From: Spirochaetia bacterium | GTDB lineage: Bacteria > Spirochaetota > Spirochaetia > SP-2023 | Assembly (NCBI GenBank): GCA_965225855.1 | Contig: CBDDCK010000004.1 | Coordinates: 192,001 to 256,000 of the forward strand | Direction: 5' to 3' | Length of the DNA stretch: 64,000 nt | Program-made: the position numbers and the translations under genes | The notes under the pieces: model-generated | Database searches by the model: none | What the model was told of the DNA's origin: nothing | Seen by the model: the letters and a program-made list of their open reading frames with translations, nothing else | Shown here: piece by piece, positions 48,647 through 59,744 of the stretch | Numbering within the stretch: the first letter of the stretch is position 1 | How the letters are laid out: each line of letters begins with the position of its first letter

Positions 48647-49636
48647 TTGAGCATGAAACAAAAAAAAGAACGTAAAAATTATACAAAGAGTAAACGATTT
48701 GCAGATTGGCTGGCCAAGCTGTTATCATTTTTGATAGCTGTGGGGCTTTATTTTTACTATCAGTCGGCAATACAAGATAAAGTTTCTTTTACATTACCTT
48801 TAAACATCATTGGCATACAGGGTCATATTGCCAGTTTGCAAGATATACAAAAAGTTACATTGCATCTTGAAGGTAAGGGGCAAGATTTGGAAAACTTGCG
48901 TAGTAGTGATTTTGAAACTTATGTGCGTTTTATTTCCAGAGTGGGTTCACAAAAATTGCCGGTAATGTATCGATTGCGCAATAATAATTTACAATTGAGC
49001 AAAAATATTCGCGTGAAAATTGAGCCAGATTTTGTTGCTTTGACGGTGGAAAGAAAGAGTAGTAAAGAACTGCCGATAAAAGTACGTATCCAAGGTTATC
49101 CTGCAACCGGTTTTAGTTTAGGTGTTTATCGTGTTTATCCTGATATGGTCAATGTTATAGGGCCGACTTCAATATTGCAAAAGCTCTCCGCTATTAGTAC
49201 CAAGTCGATAGATATTACTGGTAAAAGTGAATCATTCCAGAAATTAGTGGAATTGCAAATTCCTATATTTCCAGAAATTGAGAAATTTTTGATTCAAAGC
49301 TTGACCTTGGCTTTTGAACGTGTTCAAGTGGAAGTCCAAATTGATGCCCGCATCGAAACAAGGATTTTCCAACTGCAACCCCGTGTTACTAATTTACCCA
49401 AGAATTTGAAATTGCGAAAGATGCTGCCGAAAGCGGTAGAATTGACTTTACAGGGCAATAGCAATATTTTGCAAAGTGTTGAAAAAGAAAACTTGATCAT
49501 TATTGAACTAGATGCAGGCGATATTTTTACTTCTGGGCGTTATGCTCTACCCGTAGTTATCAGCGATTTACCTACAGGAGTTCGCTTGCTAAACAGCAGG
49601 CCGAATCGTATTAGTCTTATTCTTGCCGAAAATTAA
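48647..49636 (+). CDS. cdaR: CdaR/YbbR family regulator
   Basis: Single TM, YbbR-like repeats, follows cdaA. Confidence 0.82.
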   Translation: MSMKQKKERKNYTKSKRFADWLAKLLSFLIAVGLYFYYQSAIQDKVSFTLPLNIIGIQGHIASLQDIQKVTLHLEGKGQDLENLRSSDFETYVRFISRVGSQKLPVMYRLRNNNLQLSKNIRVKIEPDFVALTVERKSSKELPIKVRIQGYPATGFSLGVYRVYPDMVNVIGPTSILQKLSAISTKSIDITGKSESFQKLVELQIPIFPEIEKFLIQSLTLAFERVQVEVQIDARIETRIFQLQPRVTNLPKNLKLRKMLPKAVELTLQGNSNILQSVEKENLIIIELDAGDIFTSGRYALPVVISDLPTGVRLLNSRPNRISLILAEN

Positions 49637-50682
49637 ATATGTTTAACTCCGCTTACATATTGCAACACAACATAACTGATGTAAATGACAATCAACAATA
49701 GGCCGTACCATTTGGGAATAACCCAATGATTTTTGCGCATTTGAAACAGAAAAATTATGCGTAAAGTCCACAAGACCAATAACATTACCGGGAAATGCAA
49801 CCAGAAAAACGTTGATTCTACTTGAATTGGTTTGGTCGCTGTTGCCGCACCAACCACAAATAGAATATTGAGAATATCGGCACCCATAATATTGCCAACA
49901 CCTAGAGCTTCGGTTTTTTTGCGTACTGCGGCTAATGTTGTGATCAATTCGGGCAGGGAAGTTCCAAATGCAACTAAGGTTGTGGCAATAACGTCTTGAG
50001 AAATACCTAAGCGCAGAGCAAAAAGTTCTACTTGCGGCAAGAGTAAACGGCTGCTGCCAACGACAAAGCCCAGACCAAAAAGTAGGTAAACAATACTTTT
50101 GCTCAAACTGAACTGTTTTATATTTTGTTCTTCGAGAGTTTCCCCGTATATTGCAGATAGGTCTATATTTTCTGTTAAAGGCAAAGACGTTTTTTTAAGT
50201 TTTACCTGATTCAAGTACGTTTGCAGGAGAAACAAGATTAAGAAGGTTAAGGAAATAAAGCCAACCCAGCGTGGCAAAGTATGTTCTGGCAATAGAAAGG
50301 CAACAAGTACCAGCAAGCTGGCAGATAAATCGCGCCACCAGGAAGCATTGGAAATGCTTTTCTTTTCTAAAACTACACGGCCTAGCAAAACCAGTAGCCC
50401 CATGATCAAGGCGGTATCGGCAATAATAGAGCCTATGCCGTTGCCCAGTGCTAGGTTACTATCTCCATAAAAGGCAGCAAAAACTGAAACCATTACTTCT
50501 GGCATGGTGGTACCTAAAGAAATAATGGTAGCTCCAATAACTAAGGGCGAAAGCCCTGTATATTGCGCCAAAGAAGCAGCCCCATCAACCATTTTATCAG
50601 CGGAAAAACCTAGCACTAGAATAGATATTATTATAATGAATAATAACACCCAAGTAGGAAAAGTTTGAAAAAATTCTTGCAT
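49633..50682 (-). CDS. calcium/sodium antiporter (YrbG family)
   Basis: SLGTTMPE...GNGIGS and AFGTSLPE...GNIMGA alpha repeats. Confidence 0.9.
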   Translation of the reverse strand: MQEFFQTFPTWVLLFIIIISILVLGFSADKMVDGAASLAQYTGLSPLVIGATIISLGTTMPEVMVSVFAAFYGDSNLALGNGIGSIIADTALIMGLLVLLGRVVLEKKSISNASWWRDLSASLLVLVAFLLPEHTLPRWVGFISLTFLILFLLQTYLNQVKLKKTSLPLTENIDLSAIYGETLEEQNIKQFSLSKSIVYLLFGLGFVVGSSRLLLPQVELFALRLGISQDVIATTLVAFGTSLPELITTLAAVRKKTEALGVGNIMGADILNILFVVGAATATKPIQVESTFFWLHFPVMLLVLWTLRIIFLFQMRKNHWVIPKWYGLLLIVIYISYVVLQYVSGVKHI

Positions 50683-50685
50683 AAG

Positions 50686-51186
50686 TTAACAGTTTTTGTC
50701 TTTGCCAGATTCTATTTCGTCTTGGTGTACTTTTTCAGGTAAAAGTTGTTCGAGTTCCATCATCTGTGCAACACGCATAGCATGCCGTCCACCTTCAAAT
50801 TCAGTAGCCAAATAGGCATTGAGAATATTTTCGGGGCTTTCTGAATAGTCTATACGGGCACCAAAAGCTAAAAAATTGGCATTGTTATGTTGCTTGGCCA
50901 TCTCTGCTGCATACATATTTTGAGGCAAGGCGCAGCGAATACCACAAATTTTATTGGCTGAAATGGAAATTCCAATTCCTGTGCCACAAATCAGCAGGCC
51001 AAAGGCATAGCCTCCGGTTAAATATTTTAAGCAAGCTTTTTTGGCAAAATCTGTGTAGTTTACAGAATCACTACTATGGGTGCCCAAATCTTCCACCAAG
51101 AACCCGTGTTGCTCCAAGTGTGTTTTTAAATGAAGCTTGAGCTCTAATGAACTGTGATCACCTGCAATAATTACTTTTTTTTGCAT
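50686..51186 (-). CDS. rpiB: ribose-5-phosphate isomerase B
   Basis: GDH, CGTGIG, ANK, HNNAN, FEGGRH. Confidence 0.93.
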   Translation of the reverse strand: MQKKVIIAGDHSSLELKLHLKTHLEQHGFLVEDLGTHSSDSVNYTDFAKKACLKYLTGGYAFGLLICGTGIGISISANKICGIRCALPQNMYAAEMAKQHNNANFLAFGARIDYSESPENILNAYLATEFEGGRHAMRVAQMMELEQLLPEKVHQDEIESGKDKNC

Positions 51187-51198
51187 AACTTAGATTCC

Positions 51199-52149
51199 TT
51201 ATTGAGAATATGATTTTCTTCTTTTCATTTTCGTCTGATTCTTTTTGGTTTTCGCTATGCCAAAATTGTTGTGCCTTTGGCCTGTAGCAGATTTTTCTCT
51301 CGGATACGGATTTGATGGCGTATTGTAGAGTCCACGTTGTTTTTGTCTTGTGGTTGCTTTTGTATATCTATCACGGTTATAATTTTTATTTTTGCCTTGG
51401 TTTGTTTTTTTCGGTGTTTCTACTTTTTTACCTGTTTGCAAAGCCCGAATCTCAAACGGCTTCAATTTCCGAAACTCTCCGGGGGCTAGGCCATAAAGTC
51501 TTACCATATCAACACGTAGGCGGTGAACTCGTTTTAAAGGAATGTGGAAATGTTCAAATACTCGTCGAACTTCGCGGTTTAATCCTTCTGTCAAGACTAG
51601 CTGAACTTTGCGTTGCCCAAGCATTTGGTAGCGGCAAAGTTTATAGCGTACTCCATTTATATGGATACCACGCTGCCAGTGTTCCAACATAAATTCTGGA
51701 ATACTTTTGCGAGTTTTTACCTCATACTCTTTTTCTATCATGGAAGAAGGGTGCTGAACCGTTTGGGCCAAATCGCCATCATTGGTAAATAAAATTAAAC
51801 CACTGCTATTTTTATCCAATCTTCCAACATGAAATAAACGTTCTTTATAAATAGGCTGGATTAAATCAATAGCACAAGGGCGATTTTCTTCTGGGTCAGA
51901 ATTCGCAGAAAGATAGCCCGGTGGCTTATATAAAGCCAGATATAGCAGGCGTTTGTTGGTTCTATCTATACCGATTCCTTCCACTTTTACATGTTGATTT
52001 TGTTCCACACTTTGCCAGGGGAGGGTACAGATTTTTCCATCTAGCTCAACTTTACCTTGGACAATCAAATCGGCAGCTTTACGCCGTGAACAATGGCCCA
52101 ATTGAGAAATATATCGTTGCAGACTGGGGGAGACTATATTTTGTTTCAT
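51199..52149 (-). CDS. rluB: rRNA pseudouridine synthase (RluB/RsuA family)
   Basis: S4 domain SRRKA, VGRLD, EGLNREVRR. Confidence 0.85.
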   Translation of the reverse strand: MKQNIVSPSLQRYISQLGHCSRRKAADLIVQGKVELDGKICTLPWQSVEQNQHVKVEGIGIDRTNKRLLYLALYKPPGYLSANSDPEENRPCAIDLIQPIYKERLFHVGRLDKNSSGLILFTNDGDLAQTVQHPSSMIEKEYEVKTRKSIPEFMLEHWQRGIHINGVRYKLCRYQMLGQRKVQLVLTEGLNREVRRVFEHFHIPLKRVHRLRVDMVRLYGLAPGEFRKLKPFEIRALQTGKKVETPKKTNQGKNKNYNRDRYTKATTRQKQRGLYNTPSNPYPREKSATGQRHNNFGIAKTKKNQTKMKRRKSYSQ

Positions 52150-52267
52150 CGGTAATCACAACTTCATTTTCTTGGAAGTGTTTTTTAGCAAGTTGAGCCT
52201 GAAATAGGAAATAAAAAACAAATTAAAGACTGAAATTTTTGAGGTGAAATTGCAAACAGGACATCAT

Positions 52268-52963
52268 TTATTTTGTTTTTGCATTTTTCATATACTTTGC
52301 TCGAATACCTTTTATGATGTCTAAAGCATAGTCTTTACCAAGATTAAATTCTTCGTCATTTGTATAACTAGAAGCTGGTGTCAAAATGGCTGTGCGCAAA
52401 AAGAAATTTTTAACACGGTAGATAAACTCAAAATATACTACATTTCTTATCGTATATTGTAAGAGCTGGCCTTTAATATTTCCTTTAGTTTTAATCATAC
52501 CCAAATTTTGAGGGTTTTGCACATAGCCATACGCTGTACGCATTAAATAATTAATGTAGGCTTTAAGGCTAACATCATGACGATTGTTAATAATATACTG
52601 GGTATAGCTGTAAAAATCTTTAGCTACAGTTCTCCCAAAAAATAGTGATTGGGTTGCACTACCAGTATTGTTTTGAGATTGAGCCATCATTTTTATATGT
52701 GATTGATCTATTTCTATATCTTTTGGATAAATTTTCCAAACTTTATCAAAGGGTATCATGAGTGTTGCAGTATTTTGTTCTTGATCTATAAGCGAAAAAT
52801 TTTTTGTTGCTTTACCTGCTTGACTAGAACTTTGGCAACTATAAAGGCCTATCAGTAAAAGTGCGGTGAGCAGCTTTACTGAAGAAAGAAATCTTTTCTG
52901 ACTTTGACTAAAAATCTTTTGATTTTTGTATTTTACCTCTATACAATATTTTATTGACCGCAC
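52268..52963 (-). CDS. hypothetical lipoprotein
   Basis: Lipobox LYSC; GGAGGG upstream of GTG. Confidence 0.6.
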   Translation of the reverse strand: MRSIKYCIEVKYKNQKIFSQSQKRFLSSVKLLTALLLIGLYSCQSSSQAGKATKNFSLIDQEQNTATLMIPFDKVWKIYPKDIEIDQSHIKMMAQSQNNTGSATQSLFFGRTVAKDFYSYTQYIINNRHDVSLKAYINYLMRTAYGYVQNPQNLGMIKTKGNIKGQLLQYTIRNVVYFEFIYRVKNFFLRTAILTPASSYTNDEEFNLGKDYALDIIKGIRAKYMKNAKTK

Positions 52964-53272
52964 TGGCTCCCTCCTAAATAATTAGCTAGTAAAAAGGTCT
53001 ATTAGGCTATTAAAAATGCTTGCTACTCTTAAGTATCGAAAATATTGACTTACATTAAATATAAAAATGTTTGTTGAATTTAGTTTTTTGGAAAATTATT
53101 TTTAAATTATTGTACATGATATAATAATAAAATTTTGTTTCAATCTGCTAGCCTAGTTCTTTAAAAATTATATAATGCTGCCCAGTTTAAATTATGTATT
53201 GCTGCCGGATTGATTTGAGATGGAATTTAAATATTACCCACAACTTCCAATGAAAATGCATCTTTATGTGTT

Positions 53273-53641
53273 TTGTTTCTTGCTGTAATTGATTTTACTA
53301 GTTTGATAGGGCCTATATTTTCTAATGAAAAGTATGATATGGAAAAATTAAGCTCCATCGACCAAGAAATGAAAGCACAGCATGAAGCTATTTGGAAAGA
53401 TTTGGATACAATGTGGAAACAATTTTGGACGGGTAAAATCAATGCTCGTTTTGCAAAATTTTATCCTTTTTTTAGTGAACTAGAAAATAGTGTAAAAAAA
53501 TCAAGTACAGGAAAGGAAGCGAGTTCCAATTGGGATATAAATGAATTTTTAAATTTTTATTATAGTTTTTTGCAAGAAAATTCTAGCTGGCAATCCTTGG
53601 CTGTTACAAGCGTGCAGCCCCTTTTATTTTCTCGCCACTAA
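53273..53641 (+). CDS. hypothetical protein
   Basis: ORF only; start uncertain. Confidence 0.35.
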   Translation: MFLAVIDFTSLIGPIFSNEKYDMEKLSSIDQEMKAQHEAIWKDLDTMWKQFWTGKINARFAKFYPFFSELENSVKKSSTGKEASSNWDINEFLNFYYSFLQENSSWQSLAVTSVQPLLFSRH

Positions 53642-53734
53642 TTGTTTATGCTTATTTTGTAACTCAATATGCCAAAGATTTTTTCGCATCGAAAAACTAC
53701 TGTATAAAAATAATCGTATGAGTGTTTATAAATA

Positions 53735-54793
53735 ATGACTGGAATAGAAATAAAGGTTTCCACGGTTCTTGAAGAATTGAAAGAAATTGATCAATTAGTT
53801 ATGGAGCCAAATTTAATTAAAGATCAAAAACGTTATGCTGAGGTGATGCGGTTATATCAGCGGGGGGTTGAGATAAAAAGTACTTATCAAGAATACCAAA
53901 ATTTAAAGCAGCAAATTGCCGATGTTCGGATTGCTTTGCGCAATGAATCTGATAGTGAAATGTCGGCGTTGTATGAAGAAGAGCTGCCTTGTTTAGAAGA
54001 AAATTTTGGGAAAATCTGTAAAAACTTAAATTTCTTATTAGTGCCGGCAGACCCATTGAACTCACGCAACATTATTATGGAAATTCGTGCCGGAACTGGA
54101 GGTGATGAGGCTGCGCTTTTTGCTGGGGATTTGTACCGTATGTATTTGCATTATAGTGAGAGATTGAATTGGTCAACAGAATTACTTAGTGTCAATGAAC
54201 AAGAACAGGGTGGTTATAAAGAAATTATTTTTAGTATCAAGGGGAAGGAAGTATATGGTATGTTGCGCTACGAAAGTGGTACACATCGAGTGCAGCGTAT
54301 TCCGGTAACCGAATCGCAAGGCCGTATTCATACTTCTGCAGCTACAGTTGCGGTGCTGCCTGAGGCTGAATCAATGGATGTGGATATTCAAGAAAAGGAT
54401 TTGCGCATTGATACGTATCGTGCGGCTGGTGCTGGTGGCCAACATGTGAATACTACTGATTCGGCTGTGCGTATTACGCATATCTCTTCTGGCTTAGTCG
54501 TGCAGTGTCAAGATGAACGTTCGCAAATTAAAAATCGGGCTAAAGCCATGAAAATGTTGCGCAGCCGTCTGCTGGCTTATTTAACAGAACAAACGCAGGC
54601 AAAACGGGCTGCAGAGCGCAAAAAACAAGTTGGGACAGGCGATCGGTCAGGGCGTATTCGCACATACAATTTCCCTCAAAATCGCATTACCGATCACCGT
54701 ATTTCTTTGACTCTGTACAAATTGGAATTGATTTTGCAAGGGGATATGGACGAATTGCTCCAGTCTTTACGTATTGCCAATGCAGAAATCTAA
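53735..54793 (+). CDS. prfA: peptide chain release factor 1
   Basis: PVT anticodon motif, GGQ, RTYNFPQ. Confidence 0.97.
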   Translation: MTGIEIKVSTVLEELKEIDQLVMEPNLIKDQKRYAEVMRLYQRGVEIKSTYQEYQNLKQQIADVRIALRNESDSEMSALYEEELPCLEENFGKICKNLNFLLVPADPLNSRNIIMEIRAGTGGDEAALFAGDLYRMYLHYSERLNWSTELLSVNEQEQGGYKEIIFSIKGKEVYGMLRYESGTHRVQRIPVTESQGRIHTSAATVAVLPEAESMDVDIQEKDLRIDTYRAAGAGGQHVNTTDSAVRITHISSGLVVQCQDERSQIKNRAKAMKMLRSRLLAYLTEQTQAKRAAERKKQVGTGDRSGRIRTYNFPQNRITDHRISLTLYKLELILQGDMDELLQSLRIANAEI

Positions 54794-54833
54794 TTAAATT
54801 TTATTTAGCTCAAGAAATAAGTAGGTAAAACTG

Positions 54834-55622
54834 ATGGGAAAACATATTCGTAAAGCTTTTATTACTGGTGCTTCTAGGGGCATTGGCAAAGGCATTGCAC
54901 TAGCATTAGTTCAAGATGGCTATGATGTGGCTTTTACTTATGCTAGTCAGGTAGAACAAGCACAAGCTACCGTAGAGGAATTAAAGGCCCAAGTTAAAGT
55001 TCAAGCCCCTTTAAAAGAAGGCAACCCAAATGGTGTAAAAATCCAAGCCTATCAAATGCAACTCAATGACCCTAAGCAAATTGAAGCAGTGGCCGATCAA
55101 GTGTTGCTTGACTTTGATGAGATTGGCGTAGTAGTCAACAATGCTGCGATGCTGCGCAATAATGCTATTGCCCTTATGAGTAACGAAGAATGGGAAGATG
55201 TGATCGCAGCTGATTTAAGTGGACCATTTTATGTGATTCGCAGTTTTTTGATGCACATGATTAGTAACCGCTTTGGTCGTATTATCAATATTTCTTCATT
55301 GGCTCAAGATGGGGTCAGTGGCCAGGCAAATTATGCTGCAGCCAAAGCCGGTCTGGTTGGGCTAACCCAATCTTTAGCCCGTGAATATGGCCCGAAAGGT
55401 ATTACCTCTAATGTGGTTTCAGCAGGTCTGTTCGATACCGATATGAGCCGTGAGCATGCCCAAGATGAAATGGTTCAATTGCTATTAAATTACTGCCCTT
55501 TAAGGCGTTATGGTCAAATAGAAGAGCTTGCCAATACCGTTAAATTTTTAGCTGGGCCAGAGGCAAGCTATATCAATGGTGAGTCGCTCCGTGTTGCGGG
55601 TGGCCTATCTTATGTTCCTTAA
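54834..55622 (+). CDS. fabG: 3-oxoacyl-ACP reductase (SDR)
   Basis: TGASRGIG, NNA, GQANYAAAKAG. Confidence 0.78.
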   Translation: MGKHIRKAFITGASRGIGKGIALALVQDGYDVAFTYASQVEQAQATVEELKAQVKVQAPLKEGNPNGVKIQAYQMQLNDPKQIEAVADQVLLDFDEIGVVVNNAAMLRNNAIALMSNEEWEDVIAADLSGPFYVIRSFLMHMISNRFGRIINISSLAQDGVSGQANYAAAKAGLVGLTQSLAREYGPKGITSNVVSAGLFDTDMSREHAQDEMVQLLLNYCPLRRYGQIEELANTVKFLAGPEASYINGESLRVAGGLSYVP

Positions 55623-55657
55623 AGATAGAGCCTAGGGTTTGTAAGCAACGGCTTAGT

Positions 55658-56236
55658 ATGGTTGGGTGCATTACCTTTGTCGGTTTAAAGCACAGTGGCA
55701 AAAGCAGCATTAGTAGGCTCTTATCTAATAGTCTGAAACGGCCTTGCTACGATGCTGATTCGCTTTTAGAACGTTTTTATTGTGCTCGGTATGGGCAAAA
55801 GTTAAGCTTTCGTGCAATCTATCGTGCACTGGGTAAAGATGGGTTTGATACATTGCAATTTGATGTTTTAAAAGGTTTTTTTACCCAGCATAGTGTAGAA
55901 CGAAATTCTATATTATCATTGGGTGGTGGTGCAGCTGATGTGGAGCCGATTGGCCCTTTGCTTAGGGCAAGAAATTGTTTCATTGTTCTGTTAGAAGAGG
56001 AGCTATCATTGCTTTTTGATCGCATCGTTGATAGCGGTTTGCCGCCGTTTTTACAGAGTAGCGCAGAATTACAAAGTAATTTTCAAAGTGCTTTCGAGAA
56101 GTTTTGCCAATTGAGTGAAGTGCGTTTGCAACGCTACCGAGCTTGGGCCCATATTACTCTGCAGTGCGGTGGCCGCAAGCCAAAGGTTCTGGCTACCGAA
56201 TTGCAAAACCACTTAGAGCTTTTCAGTAAAGTCTAA
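55658..56236 (+). CDS. aroK: shikimate kinase
   Basis: GLKHSGKS, DAD, SLGGG. Confidence 0.75.
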   Translation: MVGCITFVGLKHSGKSSISRLLSNSLKRPCYDADSLLERFYCARYGQKLSFRAIYRALGKDGFDTLQFDVLKGFFTQHSVERNSILSLGGGAADVEPIGPLLRARNCFIVLLEEELSLLFDRIVDSGLPPFLQSSAELQSNFQSAFEKFCQLSEVRLQRYRAWAHITLQCGGRKPKVLATELQNHLELFSKV

Positions 56237-56348
56237 ATCCATTCATGATAGGAAGCAGATGCGATTTTTTATAGCTTTGTTTTACACAGGTCGGCCTCTA
56301 CTGCTTGTGCCAAGATATCGAGCTTGGTAGCAATTCCTCTTTATTTTT

Positions 56349-58235
56349 ATGTCTAAATTAGTTGTTCTGCAGAGCCGTAAGCAAAATGCAGCTATGCTTT
56401 ATATTGCTGTTCTACTTACAGGTAGTTGCGGCCTTGCTTACGAATACACTATTAGCAAAGTGGCTTCTGACCTTCTGGGCAATAGCAGCCGCCAATGGGC
56501 CATGATTATTGGGGTGATGATGTTCTTTATGGGGCTAGGTGCAAATTACCAAAAGATACTGCGTGAGCATATGTTGTTTGCTTGGTTTGTGCTATTGGAA
56601 TTACTATTATCACTATTCGGTGGCTTATCGCCGTTGCTACTGTTGTGGACTTACGCCTATTGGCAAAGCTACTATGTGTTGTGGCAGTACCTTTTGATAG
56701 CCGCGATTGGCTTTTTAATTGGCTTAGAAATACCCATCATTACACGTATCAACGAAGGCTTTACACCAGAGCTAAAGGTGAATATAGGACGCACGTTACA
56801 AATGGATTATATTGGTGCTTTGGGCGGTGCGCTACTGTGGAGTTATGCTTTACTGCCCTATCTACCCTTGAGTCAGGCTGCGGTTATCATTGGCTTTGCA
56901 AACTTGGTGGTAACCTGGTTGTTCATGGCCTATTTTTACCGTCAGCTGCGATGGCGCAAACTGCTCTGGGTGGCCAATATTGGCATCAGTTCCCTGCTTC
57001 TATGGGCGTTTGTGAAAGGGCCTCAGTGGTCTTTACGCAGTGAACAAGGCTTGTACCAGGATCCTATTGTCTTTAGTAAAACAACGAAATATCAACATTT
57101 AGTGATGACCGAAAGTGCCCATTTGCGCCCAGCTTATTTTCAACAGGCATGGCCATATCAGAGCGAATATCGCTTGTATATCAATGGCCATTTACAATTT
57201 AGCAGCCTAGACGAATTCATTTATCATGAGAATTTAGTACATCCAGCTTTAGCATTGTTTCGTGAACAAACTGGGCGCGGTGCTAAGCGCGTTTTAATCT
57301 TAGGGGGAGGAGATGGCCTGGCACTGCGTGAGGTTCTTAAATATGCTTCGATACAGACGGTAATTCTTTGTGATTTCGATACAGACATGCTGCGCTTGGC
57401 AGCCGAACAGCCGATATTGCGCCGCCTCAATCAAAATTCGTTACGGGGTTCACCTTCCAACGGGAAAGTTACTATTATATCAACAGATAGCAAGTTGGCT
57501 AAAACAGAAGAGCAATCGTATCGTGCAACGGCTTACCTCAATAGTAAGAGCCCTGAAGCGAAAAAGTCGTCGGCAGGGAAGATAAGGGCTAAACGAGTGT
57601 TGCTACGCGATATAGATGCTGTGCGCTATATTGGTCAAGCTACTGGATCGTTCGACGTCATTATAGCAGACTTTCCCGACCCAAATAATGAAGTTTTAAG
57701 CAAATTATATTCATTGCCGTTTTACCACAACGTAAAGCGCAAGCTGGCAGACGGAGGTGTGTTTGTTCAGCAATCTACCTCGCCAGCCTACGCTTATAAA
57801 GCATTTTGGTCTGTTGGTAGGACGATGATGGCAGCGGGCTTAGAAGCTTTGCCATACAGTGATTTCGTGCCTAGCTTTGGGGAGTGGGGTTGGTGGCTGG
57901 CTCAGGTTGCTACCGATGGTAAACGAAGTATATGGCAACTGTATGAGGCTGCAAAGTTACACAATGTGGGTCTGCGTTATTTGAATGATGCGATTATGCA
58001 GGCAAACATCGTATTACCCGCATCTTTTATGGCTATGTATGGTGATAGTTTGGTATTGCTACCTCATTATGCTAGCCAAAAGATTGTTCAATATTTGGTT
58101 GATTCCAAAAGGTTTCCAAAAAGTTTGACTAATAATTTAAATAAAGTAGATACTGGTTTGCTATATTTACATTGGGTTACCACATACACCCAAAGCAAAG
58201 TATATCAGTACTATTTAGAAGCTAGTTGGTATTAG
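56349..58235 (+). CDS. speE: membrane-anchored polyamine aminopropyltransferase (spermidine synthase with N-terminal TM domain)
   Basis: ~7 TM helices, LQFSSLDEFIYHE, LGGGDG, DFPDP, PSFGEWG. Confidence 0.85.
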   Translation: MSKLVVLQSRKQNAAMLYIAVLLTGSCGLAYEYTISKVASDLLGNSSRQWAMIIGVMMFFMGLGANYQKILREHMLFAWFVLLELLLSLFGGLSPLLLLWTYAYWQSYYVLWQYLLIAAIGFLIGLEIPIITRINEGFTPELKVNIGRTLQMDYIGALGGALLWSYALLPYLPLSQAAVIIGFANLVVTWLFMAYFYRQLRWRKLLWVANIGISSLLLWAFVKGPQWSLRSEQGLYQDPIVFSKTTKYQHLVMTESAHLRPAYFQQAWPYQSEYRLYINGHLQFSSLDEFIYHENLVHPALALFREQTGRGAKRVLILGGGDGLALREVLKYASIQTVILCDFDTDMLRLAAEQPILRRLNQNSLRGSPSNGKVTIISTDSKLAKTEEQSYRATAYLNSKSPEAKKSSAGKIRAKRVLLRDIDAVRYIGQATGSFDVIIADFPDPNNEVLSKLYSLPFYHNVKRKLADGGVFVQQSTSPAYAYKAFWSVGRTMMAAGLEALPYSDFVPSFGEWGWWLAQVATDGKRSIWQLYEAAKLHNVGLRYLNDAIMQANIVLPASFMAMYGDSLVLLPHYASQKIVQYLVDSKRFPKSLTNNLNKVDTGLLYLHWVTTYTQSKVYQYYLEASWY

Positions 58236-58280
58236 ATATAAGCTTTATAGCTATCTAGCGATTGCGGTGCCGTGTAGGCT

Positions 58281-59456
58281 TTATAGACAACGCAATTTCA
58301 ATATTCCCGAGATAGCTGAAAGCTCTGTTAAAGTAGTCTCACTAGGTATGGCATCGACATGAATGATAGTGTAGGCAAAGCTTCCAAGATGGCGATTTGC
58401 CATAGCTTGAATATTCAGTTTCTGCTTGGCTAGGGTGGACGATATTTGCCCTAGCATATTGGGCTCGTTTCTATGACTAAAGGTCAAGCGATATTCTGTG
58501 CCACTATGTTCTAATTCGCAGTTTGGGTAATTGACAGAGTTGCGAATATTGCCATTCAGCAGAAAATCGGTGAGCTGCTCACAAGCCATAATGGCACAAT
58601 TATCTTCTGCTTCTGGGGTAGAAGCCCCTAGATGTGGGAAGCTAATGGCACCTTTGATGCCTTTTAAGGTATCGCTAGGGAAGTCAGAAACATAGTAGCT
58701 GATACTGCCAGCCTCCAGTGCTTCGGCGATAATATCCTCATCGACTAACTCTGCCCGGGCAAAATTGATTAGGCGGCAATCTGGTTTGATAGTCTGAAGA
58801 TATTCTCTTGTGATGAGGCCCTTTGTTTCTGGAGATAATGGCAGATGTAGGCTAACATAGTCGGATTGTTTAAGCAGTTCAGAAATATCTTCAAATAGCT
58901 GAATTTGCTTAGGCAATTTTAGTGCATTGGTAACTGATAAAAACGGGTCGTAGCCAATCACTTGCATACCCAAGGCTTGTGCGGCATTGGCTACCAGTGA
59001 GCCAATGGCACCTAAGCCTACAATGCCCAAGGTCTTGCCAGAAATTTCAGGGCCGACAAACATTTTTTTACCTACTTCCAGTGCTTTCGTATCGCTTAGA
59101 TTGCATTGAGCTAACCATTGAATACTTTCGCTCAATTTGCGTGAAGATAATAACATGGCACAGATTACCAGTTCCTTCACACTATTGGCATTGGCACCGG
59201 GTGTATTGAACACGACAATACCGCGTTCACTGCATTGATGAATGGGTATATTATTGGTACCAACTCCGGCACGGGCAATGCCATAAATACTTTCTTCAAT
59301 TTCGTTACTTTGCAATTTATGGCTGCGTAGTAGTATGCCTTGAGTGCTTTGGACACCTGTTTGGCTAGCTGAATATTGGATGGAACAAGGCAAACGATTC
59401 AGCCCTTTTTGCGAAATATTATTGTAATAGCGAATGTGATACATTGATAACTCCAT
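58281..59456 (-). CDS. serA: D-3-phosphoglycerate dehydrogenase with ACT domain
   Basis: RAGVGTNNI, NTPGANANSVKE, GLGAIG, PHLGAST, HRNEPNML. Confidence 0.92.
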   Translation of the reverse strand: MELSMYHIRYYNNISQKGLNRLPCSIQYSASQTGVQSTQGILLRSHKLQSNEIEESIYGIARAGVGTNNIPIHQCSERGIVVFNTPGANANSVKELVICAMLLSSRKLSESIQWLAQCNLSDTKALEVGKKMFVGPEISGKTLGIVGLGAIGSLVANAAQALGMQVIGYDPFLSVTNALKLPKQIQLFEDISELLKQSDYVSLHLPLSPETKGLITREYLQTIKPDCRLINFARAELVDEDIIAEALEAGSISYYVSDFPSDTLKGIKGAISFPHLGASTPEAEDNCAIMACEQLTDFLLNGNIRNSVNYPNCELEHSGTEYRLTFSHRNEPNMLGQISSTLAKQKLNIQAMANRHLGSFAYTIIHVDAIPSETTLTELSAISGILKLRCL

Positions 59457-59744
59457 AAGTTTTAATTAGGAGTAAAGATTGTAGTGAAAAGTTGTTGATA
59501 TGGCAATATGGGATTTCATCCAGACTCAAAATATTTTAGAATTGTTATAACTCAGGCCTGGTATTACTTACGCTTATTACTATACTTGGCCTTATTTTAA
59601 GCTAATGCCCTATTGGGGCGGCAGCTATAGTTTTGAGCTTCACAGCTATTTTGGAGCTAGCAAAACCCTAACCAAAACTATGCAAACTATGCTATCAAAG
59701 CATATTGTAACGGTATGCTAAACTTTATGTTTATTGAAGGTTGC

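Noticed and set aside
41629..49636. DHH protein as c-di-AMP phosphodiesterase partner of cdaA-cdaR
   Set aside because: 5 kb and five genes apart; substrate cannot be inferred from sequence
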